A stretch of DNA of 63,808 nt, the filler included, from Lama guanicoe (Eukaryota), in the NCBI GenBank assembly GCA_013239625.1. It is 94 parts of 94 records of this genome, joined end to end, with 100 filler letters (N's around TTAATTAATTAA, not from the genome) between each part and the next. Parts side by side here need not be neighbours in the genome. Positions count along the whole stretch, not along the records: positions 25,086 to 25,560 come from PNXV01028198.1; positions 25,661 to 26,118 come from PNXV01028199.1; positions 26,219 to 26,749 come from PNXV01028200.1; positions 26,850 to 27,806 come from PNXV01028201.1; positions 27,907 to 28,389 come from PNXV01028202.1; positions 28,490 to 29,128 come from PNXV01028203.1; positions 29,229 to 29,640 come from PNXV01028204.1; positions 29,741 to 29,995 come from PNXV01028206.1; 86 more parts are not named here. One strand, written 5' to 3'. The notes under the pieces are model-generated. The model had not been told where the DNA came from. It did not search any database and worked only from the letters and a program-made list of their open reading frames with translations. Both the position numbers and the translations under genes were made by a program. Positions 24,986 through 37,465 of the stretch are shown here, one piece after another; position 1 is the stretch's first letter, and each line of letters opens with the position of its first letter.

Positions 24986-25369
24986 NNNNNNNNNNNNNNN
25001 NNNNNNNNNNNNNNNNNNNNNNNNNNNNNTTAATTAATTAANNNNNNNNNNNNNNNNNNNNNNNNNNNNNNNNNNNNNNNNNNNNGTAGAAAAGGCAGGA
25101 GACAGGAATGTGAAATGAAAAAAAAAACATGTAAGGAACTGAGTTACATCACCACTCTATTTGATAGTTAGAGAGCCAACTGGATCATGCAAAACTCAAA
25201 GCAAGTGTGGAGTTTTCTGGGGACTTGGGACCATATTACAGTTTAATTCAGTAAGAATCAAGGAGTGGAATTTTAGTCTCTGTTAAGATTTTATCATCAT
25301 CATTAATAAGTCTTTAATGTTCTTATTGTTTTAGGTACTGTGTTAGATAATAAAAATTATTGCAAAATT

Positions 25370-25560
25370 AATAATGCTTGTTCTTTTATTGAGAGCCCAG
25401 TATCTGCTTTAAATAACTTACACAATATTATCTTATGATCAACTGTGAAGTAAATATTATTATCCCCTTTCTGTAAATGAAAAGCCTGAGGCTTGGAAAT
25501 GTCAAGCAAAGGGGCCAAGGTCTTAAGTTTATAAATAGCACAGGTCATTCTAACCCCCAC
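25370..25560 (-). mobile_element. MIR fragment
   Basis: tattattatcccctttctgtaaatgaaaagcctgaggcttgg. Confidence 0.7.
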
Positions 25561-27309
25561 NNNNNNNNNNNNNNNNNNNNNNNNNNNNNNNNNNNNNNNN
25601 NNNNTTAATTAATTAANNNNNNNNNNNNNNNNNNNNNNNNNNNNNNNNNNNNNNNNNNNNAATCATTGTTCTCAGTGCAAAATCCAAAACCCTGCAGGAC
25701 TGTTAATGAACTGCACGGACGAGCTCTTGCCTTTCTCTCCAGACTCATCTAATTCCTCCACCCCTGGCTTCCCCTGGCTGCTTCCACGTTTCATGCTGTG
25801 TTCTCTGCCTGGACCACTATTTCCATTCTTATTCTCCTCATCCTTGAAGCGTAGGTTAAAGCACTACAAAAAAATGGAAAGTTTTGTTAACTTTCTTTTT
25901 TTGATTTTGACCTTATTTTTCTATATTCATGCACAAGCATACATTTTTACTTCACAGGCAATATAAAGAAATATAAAGAAATCAATTATTCCTTTGATGA
26001 CTCAGGACATATTCCTCTCTCCTTTAAGACTGCAGGCTCCATTAAGGCAACGTCTTCCTCGGCCATTCCCTGAGTAACCCAGATTGCAGCAAGGGGGCTA
26101 GCATACACCATGGGATTGNNNNNNNNNNNNNNNNNNNNNNNNNNNNNNNNNNNNNNNNNNNNTTAATTAATTAANNNNNNNNNNNNNNNNNNNNNNNNNN
26201 NNNNNNNNNNNNNNNNNNCCATTCCCTGCTTTGCCTTCTCCTGCTTTAGGGGTTCTGAGGCCTCATCTTATCTTTGGAAGTAACAGACCTCTCTTCGGCA
26301 TGTGTCCTTTGCCAAGGGCTGTGTGAGTGGTTGTTTCCATTGTTCTGTTCATGGGAGCGAGTGAGTGCAGGTTGCACTTCTTCTCTGCCAACTGGGCATC
26401 GATGAATCAACACTATCCAGATACATTTCACAGAAATGTGATATTTGCTTAGCTCTTTGTTTCTATACAGCCGTGGTGGGAGGGATTTTCCGAAGACACC
26501 TGTTTTGACATTGTGTTGATACCTCTTTTGCAGTCTTTAAGAAGTTTAAAAGAATCCATTTACATGTTTTGGCAGTTATATGAAAATGAAATTATTTTTG
26601 AAACACACTCAATCGACCTAGAAGCCTGACTTTTCAATTTTGGTAACATTGTGTCAGCTCTACGGAAAACCTAGACAGATAGAATGCAAACTAGCAGTAG
26701 AAACTATTAAAGGGGTCATGTCAGCTCTTTACGGTTGAAGCCTCTGAACNNNNNNNNNNNNNNNNNNNNNNNNNNNNNNNNNNNNNNNNNNNNTTAATTA
26801 ATTAANNNNNNNNNNNNNNNNNNNNNNNNNNNNNNNNNNNNNNNNNNNNTGGAAATGGGAAATAATTCTGCCCAATAAAATGTCATAGAACTAACCCCTA
26901 AAATTATATATATTATAAAAAAAGGACTTTACACTGTCCAGGGATATCAATAATTAATTTAATGTATCAATTGTTACTAGAATAAACTTTTTAGAATGTA
27001 ACCCCTCCTCAGAAAACTTCAACTACTATTCAATAAAAATATCACAGGAAATTTCTGAAAAGAATTTAAAGTAAAATCATATTTAACTGAATCATATTCT
27101 AGGCACACTGAATAAATTCTCTTTAGAGAACTCCTACTTATTTTTTTAATAAATGACCTATAAGAATACACCCAGCATTAATCAGTATATCTTCATTCTT
27201 TTTTTTAAAATTCTGAAGGCATGCTATTTTTCTTAAACTAAATGAGGAGGTATTCACAAGCCAATGGACAATGGAATTACCTAAAAAGACATTATAAAGC
27301 AGCAAGAGC

Positions 27310-27515
27310 AACTAGCACTATGTCAAACATTCTGCCTGTGAGTCACTCGTATCATCTCATTTTGACCTGACGGCTTGGAGGTGAGCTCCATCAGCCCATT
27401 CAACACATGAAGAAACTGAGGCTATGGGTGGTCATGTTTCCAGTACTTGGTGGAGCCAGGATCCAAACCCGGATCTTTGTCTATAGAGCCTGTGCCTTTA
27501 CCAGATCACACTACA
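27310..27515 (-). mobile_element. MIR fragment
   Basis: cccattcaacacatgaagaaactgaggct...ggagccaggatccaaacccgg...agagcctgtgcctttacc. Confidence 0.75.
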
Positions 27516-28179
27516 TTTCTCACTCTTCAAATGCACTCAGTCCCAAAGGTAACACACCTTCCTTGCGTTTCTAGGAGTTTTAGGAATTACTGAATTACAA
27601 GGACTAATCAGACATTTGTGTGGGCTAATTTTATATTTTCTGGTTTTACTGAATATGTTCAGGCCAAATTCATTCTACTTATGAGAAGTCCTGAGGCAGA
27701 GGAGAGAGGGGAATTAAGCCAGACATAAACAATTTCAAGGGGTCCACTTCATGAAGAAAGGAAAGTATTAAGTAAACCACTTCAGCAACATGCTTGTCAA
27801 TAAACCNNNNNNNNNNNNNNNNNNNNNNNNNNNNNNNNNNNNNNNNNNNNTTAATTAATTAANNNNNNNNNNNNNNNNNNNNNNNNNNNNNNNNNNNNNN
27901 NNNNNNTGGTTGGTTTGATTTTTGTTGGTCTGCTTCTCGCTAGTTTTGCAAACACCTCAGGCTATGCATCTTTCCTTTCGCTTCAAAGAAGAGTCAAATA
28001 AGCTGATTCAATTAAGAGAGTGCTTCCAATCACCTATGATTTCCTGCTTCCCTCTCCCATCTTTAGGGTTTTGATGACCACCTTGCCTTCTTCTTGTTTC
28101 TACTTTGCCACTCATGCTCTTCTTGCATTTCCAATAATGGTTTCTTCTTTCCATTTCATCTTGCTGCTTTTCTATTCAG

Positions 28180-28389
28180 GGTAGATTTCTCAACCATACT
28201 TGTAGGATAAGTTTTGAACTGCTGAATTCTTTTAAGATTTGCTGTTCTGTGGCATTCTCTAGTTCTGCCGTTATTAGAAATGGTGATCATTTGGCATAGA
28301 CTACCCTATCTGGCAGCATTTGGCCATTCAGGTTATGGTATGTTTCCTGGCACTCCTCCCTGTCCTGCAATATTGCTGCCGAGATATCA
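28180..28389 (-). mobile_element. Diverged L1 ORF1 C-terminal region
   Basis: Collinear with antisense L1 ORF1 end (ctgaattctttt...ggcatag...ggcagc...cactcctccctgtcctgcaatattgctgccgaga). Confidence 0.6.
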
Positions 28390-28489
28390 NNNNNNNNNNN
28401 NNNNNNNNNNNNNNNNNNNNNNNNNNNNNNNNNTTAATTAATTAANNNNNNNNNNNNNNNNNNNNNNNNNNNNNNNNNNNNNNNNNNNN

Positions 28490-29128
28490 ATTTTTTTCAG
28501 ATTTATATCAAAAAATGGAATTGCTGCAAAATATAATGCTTCTATTTCTAGTTTTCTTCACACTATCCAGTCCTTTATAATAGTGGAGGCATCAATTTAT
28601 ATTTCCACCAACAGTGTACCTGGGTTCCCTTTTATCAACATTCTTATTAATGTTTGTCATTTGAAGAATTTTTTTAATAGCAATTTTGGTTGCTGTGAGA
28701 TTATATTTCATTCTGGTTTTTATTTATGTTTTCCTAATGAATAGCAACGTTATGTTTCTTTTTATGTGCATGAAAATCATACACATGTCTGTTTTTGAAA
28801 AGTTTCCATGAAGATCCTTCAACTGTTTTTAAGTGGGGATCTTTGTTTTTAAATATTTAATCTAATGTGCTATATATACAAGGTGGATATTAACACCATG
28901 TTGGTTTCATTGTCTGAAACTCTTCCTTCAATTCTGTGTGTTGTCATAAGTCTTCCTGAAGGTTTCCTTGGCTCTGCAAAAGGTTTTGCACTTCATAATT
29001 ATACAAGAAGTGGAATCCCTTTATCACATAATACACCTAATTTTTACTCAGTAAAATTTAAAACTGTTATGGTTAGTTTTCCTTTTTTTTTACTTAGGAA
29101 ATAGATCAAAAATAAATATTGCTATGAT
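28490..29128 (-). mobile_element. L1 ORF2 3' fragment
   Basis: ggaattgctg...atttccaccaacagtgtacctgggttccctttt...gtgagattatatttcatt. Confidence 0.85.
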
Positions 29129-30109
29129 NNNNNNNNNNNNNNNNNNNNNNNNNNNNNNNNNNNNNNNNNNNNTTAATTAATTAANNNNNNNNNNNNNNNN
29201 NNNNNNNNNNNNNNNNNNNNNNNNNNNNCCATATGGCTTTAATTAGGATGCATGAGTTGGGATGAAAAAAATCAAGCAAGATCTCTACCTTTGATTATAA
29301 CTGTATCTGCTTGAGTATCAGTTTCTGCAAAGGCAAATACGTGTTGGCTTTGCTTAATACGTGCTTGTTCAAAGAAACCGAGCACTGGCTTAATTTTACT
29401 TTGAAGGCTTTCATTAAAATATATCGTTTGTCTAAATAGCAATTTAGTTCATTTTATTTAATTATCCAAGAGTATTTACAGGGCCAGGAATACAATTGTA
29501 TACATTGAAAATAGTAGTTGATTATGTTATGTTCTAAGGAAAAATAAATTCCTTTCTGTGAAGGCTTCTTGGAACTTTGAAAACTGTTCTGTCCAAGTCT
29601 ATGTATTTGTCTCCAAACTTAGCTTTGGGAGACTAGCTCANNNNNNNNNNNNNNNNNNNNNNNNNNNNNNNNNNNNNNNNNNNNTTAATTAATTAANNNN
29701 NNNNNNNNNNNNNNNNNNNNNNNNNNNNNNNNNNNNNNNNATGGGACAGGTGTGTCTGCTGATCTGGGTCAGGAGAGGCCACTCCCACATCAGGCCATCG
29801 CGGAGACAAGAGCCAATCTACCAACTCCCCAATACATCCCCATCCGCCCGCATCAGCCTCCGCTCCTGCCCCCTGACCTCACAGTGGCCTCCTCTAGGGA
29901 ACAGGCTGACCTGGAGATGGACGTCCGGCGAACTTGGAGCAACAGAGACCGCCCCCAGGGCAAACCATGAGGAGAAATGGGAGCAAATGGACTGGNNNNN
30001 NNNNNNNNNNNNNNNNNNNNNNNNNNNNNNNNNNNNNNNTTAATTAATTAANNNNNNNNNNNNNNNNNNNNNNNNNNNNNNNNNNNNNNNNNNNNAGTTT
30101 TTGATTTTG

Positions 30110-30565
30110 TTTTCTAGATCTGTCTATCCCTCTACAACGCCACATAATCTTGATTAATTTAACCGTAATAAGTCATAACATTGAGTGAACTGATCCTTCC
30201 CACTTTATTCTTCTTTTATAAAATTGTACTAACTGCTATATGCCCTTTGCTTTTTCATTCTAAATTTTAGAAGAAACTTGCTTATATCTGCAAAAATAAT
30301 CTTCCAGAGATTTTGATGATAATTGCTCTGAACAAGTAAATCAGTTTGGAGAGAATTAACATCTTTATTCTGTTGAGTCTTTCAATCCATAAGTATGTTA
30401 TTTATTTTGATCTTCTTTATCTTCTTTCATCAGTATTTGTTTTTAATTTTCAGCATACAAATTCATTACATGTTACGTTAGATTTAAAGCTACTGATTTC
30501 ATTTTCTTTGAGCAATTGTAAATTACACTATACTTTCAGTTTTGATATTCATGTTTCATGGCTTG
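30110..30565 (-). mobile_element. L1 ORF2 fragment
   Basis: ttttgatgataattgctctgaac...tttggagagaattaacatcttt...gagtctttcaatccat. Confidence 0.85.
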
Positions 30566-30665
30566 NNNNNNNNNNNNNNNNNNNNNNNNNNNNNNNNNNN
30601 NNNNNNNNNTTAATTAATTAANNNNNNNNNNNNNNNNNNNNNNNNNNNNNNNNNNNNNNNNNNNN

Positions 30666-30867
30666 AGCAGATCTAGACTATGTTTCTCTGTGTTCACCTG
30701 CCTCTCCAGACTTCCGGGCAGTGATCTGCCCTGTGATGTCAGTTCTCTCATGGTTCCAAGAAAAAGCATCGATTTTTAGTTTGCTCAGCATTTGGTTGTC
30801 GTTGTCGTAATGATGGGAGTGACATCTCCCAGGTTCTTTACATGTCAGAGCTGAATTCAGAAGTCCA
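30666..30867 (-). mobile_element. 5' terminus of an old L1M-type element
   Basis: gatgggagtgacatctcccaggttctttacatgtcagagctgaattcagaagtc resembles the reverse complement of L1M 5' ends (gacttccggtttcagctccgacatgtaaagagc...). Confidence 0.7.
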
Positions 30868-31093
30868 GCAATATCCTCCTTTAAGTAACTGTCTCCATTT
30901 TAGGCTTCCCTTCTCCTTCCTGTGTTCTTCCCTAAGACGGCTTCTGGGCATCGGGGAAGAGAGATACANNNNNNNNNNNNNNNNNNNNNNNNNNNNNNNN
31001 NNNNNNNNNNNNTTAATTAATTAANNNNNNNNNNNNNNNNNNNNNNNNNNNNNNNNNNNNNNNNNNNNACTATACTTTGAAATACATAAATAA

Positions 31094-31144
31094 ATAGATG
31101 ACAGATAGATAGACAGACAGACAGATAGATAGACAGATAGATAG
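31094..31144. repeat. (GATA)/(GACA) compound microsatellite
   Basis: Seen directly in the sequence. Confidence 0.92.
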
Positions 31145-33097
31145 CAGAAAGTAAACAAAAGACCCCTGAGTCTTCAGAATTACCTGGAACATATATGGTC
31201 TTGTTCCTCTTCTTCCTCAACAACAGGATGATTTTCTATGGATCAATTCAGACAGGGCAAGAAACATTAAGCAGATATCCCTACATATGTCAATAGTTAG
31301 GTATCTAATACTATCCCAGGGAAAAAAGTATCACCAGTGGCACAGGAGGCTATTGTAAGAATAATATCCCCTGGAGACCTCATGTTGCATCTTCTGGACC
31401 TGCCCGGGCTTGCTTTCTTGACCCCTGGGCAGTATCTCCTCACCACAATCACCTTTTCNNNNNNNNNNNNNNNNNNNNNNNNNNNNNNNNNNNNNNNNNN
31501 NNTTAATTAATTAANNNNNNNNNNNNNNNNNNNNNNNNNNNNNNNNNNNNNNNNNNNNTGTGAGAAGAGTGACTCCTGATCGCACATTTTCAGGGCAGGG
31601 GAAACTGGCAGCAAATAATTTAGTGTGGACAGTGTCTTTGAGTAAGCTCACTAAAGGTAGCAGAGAATACAGTTTCAGAGCTTTATGGATTCTCTGGGAA
31701 ATCTTGAGAATCTCAGGGTGGAGCATATGGGATAGGCTGTTGTAATTCAGTTTGGTTAATATATATTTGCACTGTAAATCTCAGAATCTTTCACTAGAAA
31801 TCTAGGAAAAAAACTTATTTACAGCCTTCCTGAGTCCTTCTGAAGCACCTGTGTAATTAGACTTTAAGAAGGACTCTCAGCTTTCAGCCTCAGCCCTTTA
31901 AAAAATCAGTTGTGATCATAACTGGAATTGCATTGAGTTCTTGGAAGAACTGACCTCATCTATACAACACTGGACTCTGCTATCCAAGAACCTGGCATTT
32001 CCATTTATTCAGCTGTTTTCGTTCCTCCTTCCCTCCTTTCCATTAATCAGAAATACCATGTAATGAATTANNNNNNNNNNNNNNNNNNNNNNNNNNNNNN
32101 NNNNNNNNNNNNNNTTAATTAATTAANNNNNNNNNNNNNNNNNNNNNNNNNNNNNNNNNNNNNNNNNNNNAAAACACCAGAGGATGTTATTTGTTTACAA
32201 ATCCGACAAGGGACTAATTACATCAATACATAGAGAGTTCAGATCACTTCAAAAGTAACATCCAAAAATCTCAGGAGTGTAGAAGGCAGAAAAGATGAAC
32301 ACACCTTCACAAAGAATAAAACAGATGTCACACTGCAAAGGTAATTCAGTCATTTCACATCAGAATGAAATAGTTTTCCACTTCTCAACTGACACAGCTC
32401 TATTTATGAGGATGAAGTGCCAGTGATCACCAATCCCAATCCTAGGTTACTGGACATTTTTTGTGAAGTATGGTTGATTTAAAATACTGTGTTAATTTCT
32501 GGTGTACTCTTCCAGCCTTCTTAGAAAGCAGTCTGNNNNNNNNNNNNNNNNNNNNNNNNNNNNNNNNNNNNNNNNNNNNTTAATTAATTAANNNNNNNNN
32601 NNNNNNNNNNNNNNNNNNNNNNNNNNNNNNNNNNNTGGGCTGTGCTGAGAATTTAAATTATGGGATGGGGACAAAAGGCGCAGTCCTACCACCTTCTCTC
32701 AGGGCCTAAGTCCACCTCCTCCTGGTTGAATGGGCCAAATGACACTTTGACCCTCCAGGCCCTTCCTGGCTCCGCTTCTTTCCCCCCAAAGCTTCGAGTT
32801 GGGGGAAGGAGTGGGTGAGTAGGAACCGCCAGTGATGGGGTTGATTGCACCGGGGTTAAAGCAGGAGGGAGGACGTCACTCTGGAGGAATAAGGAAGAGA
32901 CCAGGACACGGTGACGCGGAACAGGGAGTGAGAGGAAGTCCTTGAGATCACTCTAGTTCTTTTCTCTCTTTCCTCCCCTCCCTCCCCCCACCACTTCAAA
33001 CAGCGATGAGTACACGTTTTCATCATAGCTCCAGAATTACGTAGCTTAGAGAAACAGCAGCAAAAACGGGCCACGGACGGAGCTCCGTGCACTCCCA

Positions 33098-33181
33098 TTA
33101 CGGCATCTCTTTCTGCTCAACGTCCACGTCTTTGTCACCCAGCAAGTCGCCAAGGTCGTCAGTCATCAACGATCTGATGGT
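33098..33181 (-). CDS. Candidate terminal coding exon, gene unidentified (TIRSLMTDDLGDLLGDKDVDVEQKEMP*)
   Basis: Pyrimidine-rich acceptor gtgttcctccctcag directly upstream, open frame to TAA, CpG-retaining codons; no homology recognised. Confidence 0.35.
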   Translation of the reverse strand, partial: TIRSLMTDDLGDLLGDKDVDVEQKEMP

Positions 33182-33779
33182 CTGAGGGAGGAACACCCGG
33201 TGCAGATGTGCACAAAGAGAAACTGCAGTCTCACGAGATGCGTGGGTTTTCATGGAAACGGGTTGGACATTTGCCCTCGTCACAGGCAGCGCCACGGACG
33301 GGGGAGGGAGAGGGGTCTGCCCGCGCTGGACTGTTGAAAACAGAAGAGAGATTCTGAGGGTGGTGAAGACGGGGCTTCAGGAANNNNNNNNNNNNNNNNN
33401 NNNNNNNNNNNNNNNNNNNNNNNNNNNTTAATTAATTAANNNNNNNNNNNNNNNNNNNNNNNNNNNNNNNNNNNNNNNNNNNNGGCTGGGTCTCTTCAGG
33501 ACCCACTGTGGCTTCAGCTTCAGGACAACACTCGACCAACCAGGTCCACCCAAACAGGAACCAGACATCTTCAAGAATCACCAGGAGGCATCACTGTGGG
33601 AATAAAAGGTGAGGGAAAACTGGGGAGAGGCTTCCTGTGTGTGATTGCAACTAAGGAGGTCCATTGTCAGAGGATCCAGCAGGGGCTTGATGTGGAAAAA
33701 TTTCAGATTTACTTGATTTTGTGTCTAGTGTTGACAGTGTCTAGTGTAATTTTGGGGGGTATGGTGTCCCATGTTCTTG

Positions 33780-34175
33780 GCACCGTTTATTGAGGGGACT
33801 GTCCTTTTCCCATTTTGTGTTCTGGGCTCTTTTGCCATGGACTAACTGACAACATAAAGATGGGTTTATTCCTGTGCTCCCTGTTCTGTTCCTCTGGTCC
33901 ATGTGCCTGTTTTTGTGCCAATATCTTACTGTATCTCTGCTGGGGACTGTGGCTTCCTAACGTCTTGTGAAGCTAGGGAGGGAGACGCCTCCGACTGAGT
34001 TCTCCCTTCTCAAGGTTGCTTAGGCTATTCCAGGTTCTTTTTTGTTCCATGCAAATGTTAGGATTTCTTGCTTTTTGTTTCTGTGAGAGAAAATGCCATT
34101 TGGTAGAGTTTGGTAGAGTTTGCAATTATTGTGTACACTGCTTAGGCTTCGTGAATGTTATAGTAATGTTCTTCT
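33780..34175 (-). mobile_element. L1 ORF2 fragment
   Basis: caccgtttattgaggggactgtccttttcccatt...gggtttattcctgtgctccctgttctgttcctctggtc...gaaaatgccatttggta. Confidence 0.88.
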
Positions 34176-34278
34176 AGGNNNNNNNNNNNNNNNNNNNNNN
34201 NNNNNNNNNNNNNNNNNNNNNNTTAATTAATTAANNNNNNNNNNNNNNNNNNNNNNNNNNNNNNNNNNNNNNNNNNNN

Positions 34279-34776
34279 GTGTCTTTAAAATATACATTCA
34301 AATAATCCATAGTTCAAAAATTAATCACACCAAAATTAGAAAATATTTTAATTGCAAGATAAGAATATGACATACTGAAACAGAATGCAGCTAAAGCATT
34401 GCTTAAAGGGAAATTTATACTTTAAATGCATTTAATAGAAATGAGAATTTTTTAAAAATCAGTGATAAAAGTAATCATTCCAACAGGTCCAACAAGTCAG
34501 AAACAAACCCCAACAAATTAAAACCTAAGAAAGTAAGAGGAGTAAGAGGGAGGAAGTAACAACTACAAAAAGATAAAGGCAGAAATTAATGAAATAGAAA
34601 CAGACAGAAATGGACAGGAAAATCAGAGACAAAAGCTGGTTCTTTCAAAAGAGTTATAAACCTGAAAAGTCCTCAACAAGGCTGATCAAGAAAAAAAGAA
34701 AGAGCAGGTACCAATGTCAGGACTGAGGGTCACATCCTTACATTTCATACAAACTTTAAGGAGAGACTAAGAGGAT
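34279..34776 (+). mobile_element. L1 ORF2 fragment (near-identical to 7019-7514)
   Basis: Same endpoints as 7019-7514; 6 substitutions and one 2-nt indel. Confidence 0.85.
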
Positions 34777-35079
34777 NNNNNNNNNNNNNNNNNNNNNNNN
34801 NNNNNNNNNNNNNNNNNNNNTTAATTAATTAANNNNNNNNNNNNNNNNNNNNNNNNNNNNNNNNNNNNNNNNNNNNTCTCTGTCTCTGTCTCTTTGTCCG
34901 CCTCCTCCCAGTATTCTGAATTTTGAATCTTTAAATTTCACTTCATTCTCATCACTCTGACCTTATTTTAAACCACCATCATTCTCTAACTTAACCTTAG
35001 TAGCTTTCTATTAAGTCTCACCTTTATTCTTACAGGTTCTCTAATTTTCTTTTTCAAACTCATCACATGCGAATCGTTT

Positions 35080-35234
35080 TTTTTTTTAATTAATAGAGTG
35101 CTTTTTAGAACAGTTTTAAATTTATAGAACAAATGAATAGGTAATAAAATCCCCATATCCCAGCTGCCTGCCCAGTACTCACACTCAGGAACATCTGGCA
35201 TTAGTGTGTGGTACAGTTGTTGCAATTAATGAAA
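35080..35234 (-). mobile_element. L1MC/MD-type 3' end
   Basis: tttttagaacagttttaaatttatagaac...gtgtggtacagttgttgcaattaatgaa preceded by a T-tract. Confidence 0.7.
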
Positions 35235-35334
35235 NNNNNNNNNNNNNNNNNNNNNNNNNNNNNNNNNNNNNNNNNNNNTTAATTAATTAANNNNNNNNNN
35301 NNNNNNNNNNNNNNNNNNNNNNNNNNNNNNNNNN

Positions 35335-35432
35335 ATATATGTATATTCATGTGTGACTGAAGCATTGTGCTGTACGCCAGAAATGGACACGACATTGTAA
35401 ACTGACTACAACACAATAAAAAAGAAAAGAAA
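35335..35432 (+). mobile_element. Camelid-type L1 3' terminus with A tail
   Basis: catgtgtgactgaagcattgtgctgtacgccagaaatggacacgacattgtaaactgactac...aataaaaaa. Confidence 0.85.
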
Positions 35433-35811
35433 TGGATCTTGAAGGCTGGATATCATTTAGGCATAGTTGAGGGGAAAGGACATTGCAGGTAGCGCTGCGC
35501 AAAAATAATGATGGGAGATTTCAGATGTGCTTACCGCTACACACAGCATGTACTCTAGTCTGGCTCACGTGGGAGCATGTGAGTGTAAGTTACATTCTTT
35601 TGAGTAGGGAAAATTTTTAATCAGAACAAAGGGCTAGGAAGATTACTTGCCATCTGTCTGTTGAGAGAATTGCAGCAAGGAGAGATGAAAGGAAGGAGTA
35701 ACAGTAATCCAGGGGGAAGGTGTAATAAATGGCTCAACTAGGGCAGTGGGAGTGGGAACAGCACTGGGGAGGACTACCAGAGATCTTGTGAAGATAGAAT
35801 TGGGAAGACTG
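35433..35811 (-). mobile_element. L2 fragment
   Basis: cagtaatccagggg...tggctcaactagggcagtgggagtggg...gaagatagaattgggaagact. Confidence 0.7.
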
Positions 35812-37241
35812 NNNNNNNNNNNNNNNNNNNNNNNNNNNNNNNNNNNNNNNNNNNNTTAATTAATTAANNNNNNNNNNNNNNNNNNNNNNNNNNNNNNNNN
35901 NNNNNNNNNNNTTCACTCACCATAGCAATTTTTCAAGGCCTGCATAAAAATGAAAAAAAAAGGGAAAACATACATGCTTCACTTGATGGTTTACAGCAGC
36001 ATTCAGCAGAACTCCGGGGCCAGAGGAATATTTCAGAACAATTAAAGTATTCAAACTCTTGTCTAGGTTTTCAGACCATCCACAGTAGATGTCCTTGTAA
36101 GATAAATCTGTCAATGGCAAACTAGTTTGAAACTAGAAAATGCCCTCTAAACCAAAAAAAGATTAACCAGGTCGAGTGATGATAAACAGATAGAAAAGCA
36201 AAATGACATTTTTCAAAGTGGTTACAAGTCCTACCTGAGCCTTCTTCCAGATTTCACAACCACAGACTTATTTCCAACTTAAGACTTTGTACCTGTGTCT
36301 CCCCTGTCCTGAGGATTAATTGGTTTGCTTGTTTAAGAATGATTCCTAAAAACCTTGCTCTCCTATTTGAATTCAGAGAAACTGGCACTTACTCTTTGAA
36401 TCTGCCATTAAATTTAGTAGTTTTAATCCATACAATTTAATTTCAGTTTGGGTCATGCACAACCAACTATACTGTGAATGATTAATTTGCAACTGAAACA
36501 TACCTACAGTTATAAGTTATAGATTTGCTTAAAAATAAAGTAGCTTTTGTTATATTTCTTGTACTTGAGTTGTTATAAGTAGCTTACAAAATTAGGGATA
36601 TAAACCATGGGTACTTAGGTGCTATTTCCATAGACATAGTTTTATATCACTTAAAACATATTTGGGAAAATTTGCTTTTACAGTGGAGTATTTAGACTCA
36701 TCCAAGGTAAGAGCCATAGGCTGAAGATTCTCTCGTTTGACTTAGACTGACAAAAAGCAAGTGTGATACAATATTCTAAATAACTCTGGAATCAAGAAAA
36801 ATTGANNNNNNNNNNNNNNNNNNNNNNNNNNNNNNNNNNNNNNNNNNNNTTAATTAATTAANNNNNNNNNNNNNNNNNNNNNNNNNNNNNNNNNNNNNNN
36901 NNNNNATCTTGAATAACTTTTATACAGTCAGTACATTTTCCCCAAAGAAAAATCTGCTGTGAAATGGACCCGTGAAATCAGATTTGATGAGCAGCGAGAG
37001 GGGATTGTTATGTATGTCTACTTAGATCTGAAAAAAAAAAGTCTTTTATCTTTTTCCAAGGACACAGACTTAACTGAGATATTGTTTTATCAAATATCAT
37101 GGCTTCATATTCAATTCATCCAGAACTTGGGTGAATCCATAGCCAATATATTAAATATTAGATGCTAGAATATCCTCATAATGATAACTGAATCTTTAAT
37201 TTTCCTTCACCCCTGCTCTCCATCTCACATCTTCACAGGAC

Positions 37242-37465
37242 TGTGCTGGGTTGACTAATGTCTCCCCCAAAACACACGACCCTTTGAACCTCAGGACGCA
37301 ACCTTATTTGACAGTTGAGTCTTTCCAGACATAATTATTTAAGATGAGGTCATCCCGGAGCAGCGTGGGTCTTAAATCTTGTGACTGGTGTCCTGACACG
37401 GCCAGGTGAAGACACTGATGTGCACGTGCAGAGAAAATGTGGCCACGGGAAGACAGAGGCTGTGC
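37242..37465 (+). mobile_element. MaLR (MLT1-type) LTR, 5' part
   Basis: tgtgctgggttgactaatgtctcccccaaa...ccttatttg...ttaagatgaggtcat...gtgactggtgtcct...gaagacagaggc. Confidence 0.88.

Noticed and set aside
35917..36240. Possible minus-strand exons
   Set aside because: Splice signals are weak or unpaired and the peptides are unrecognised
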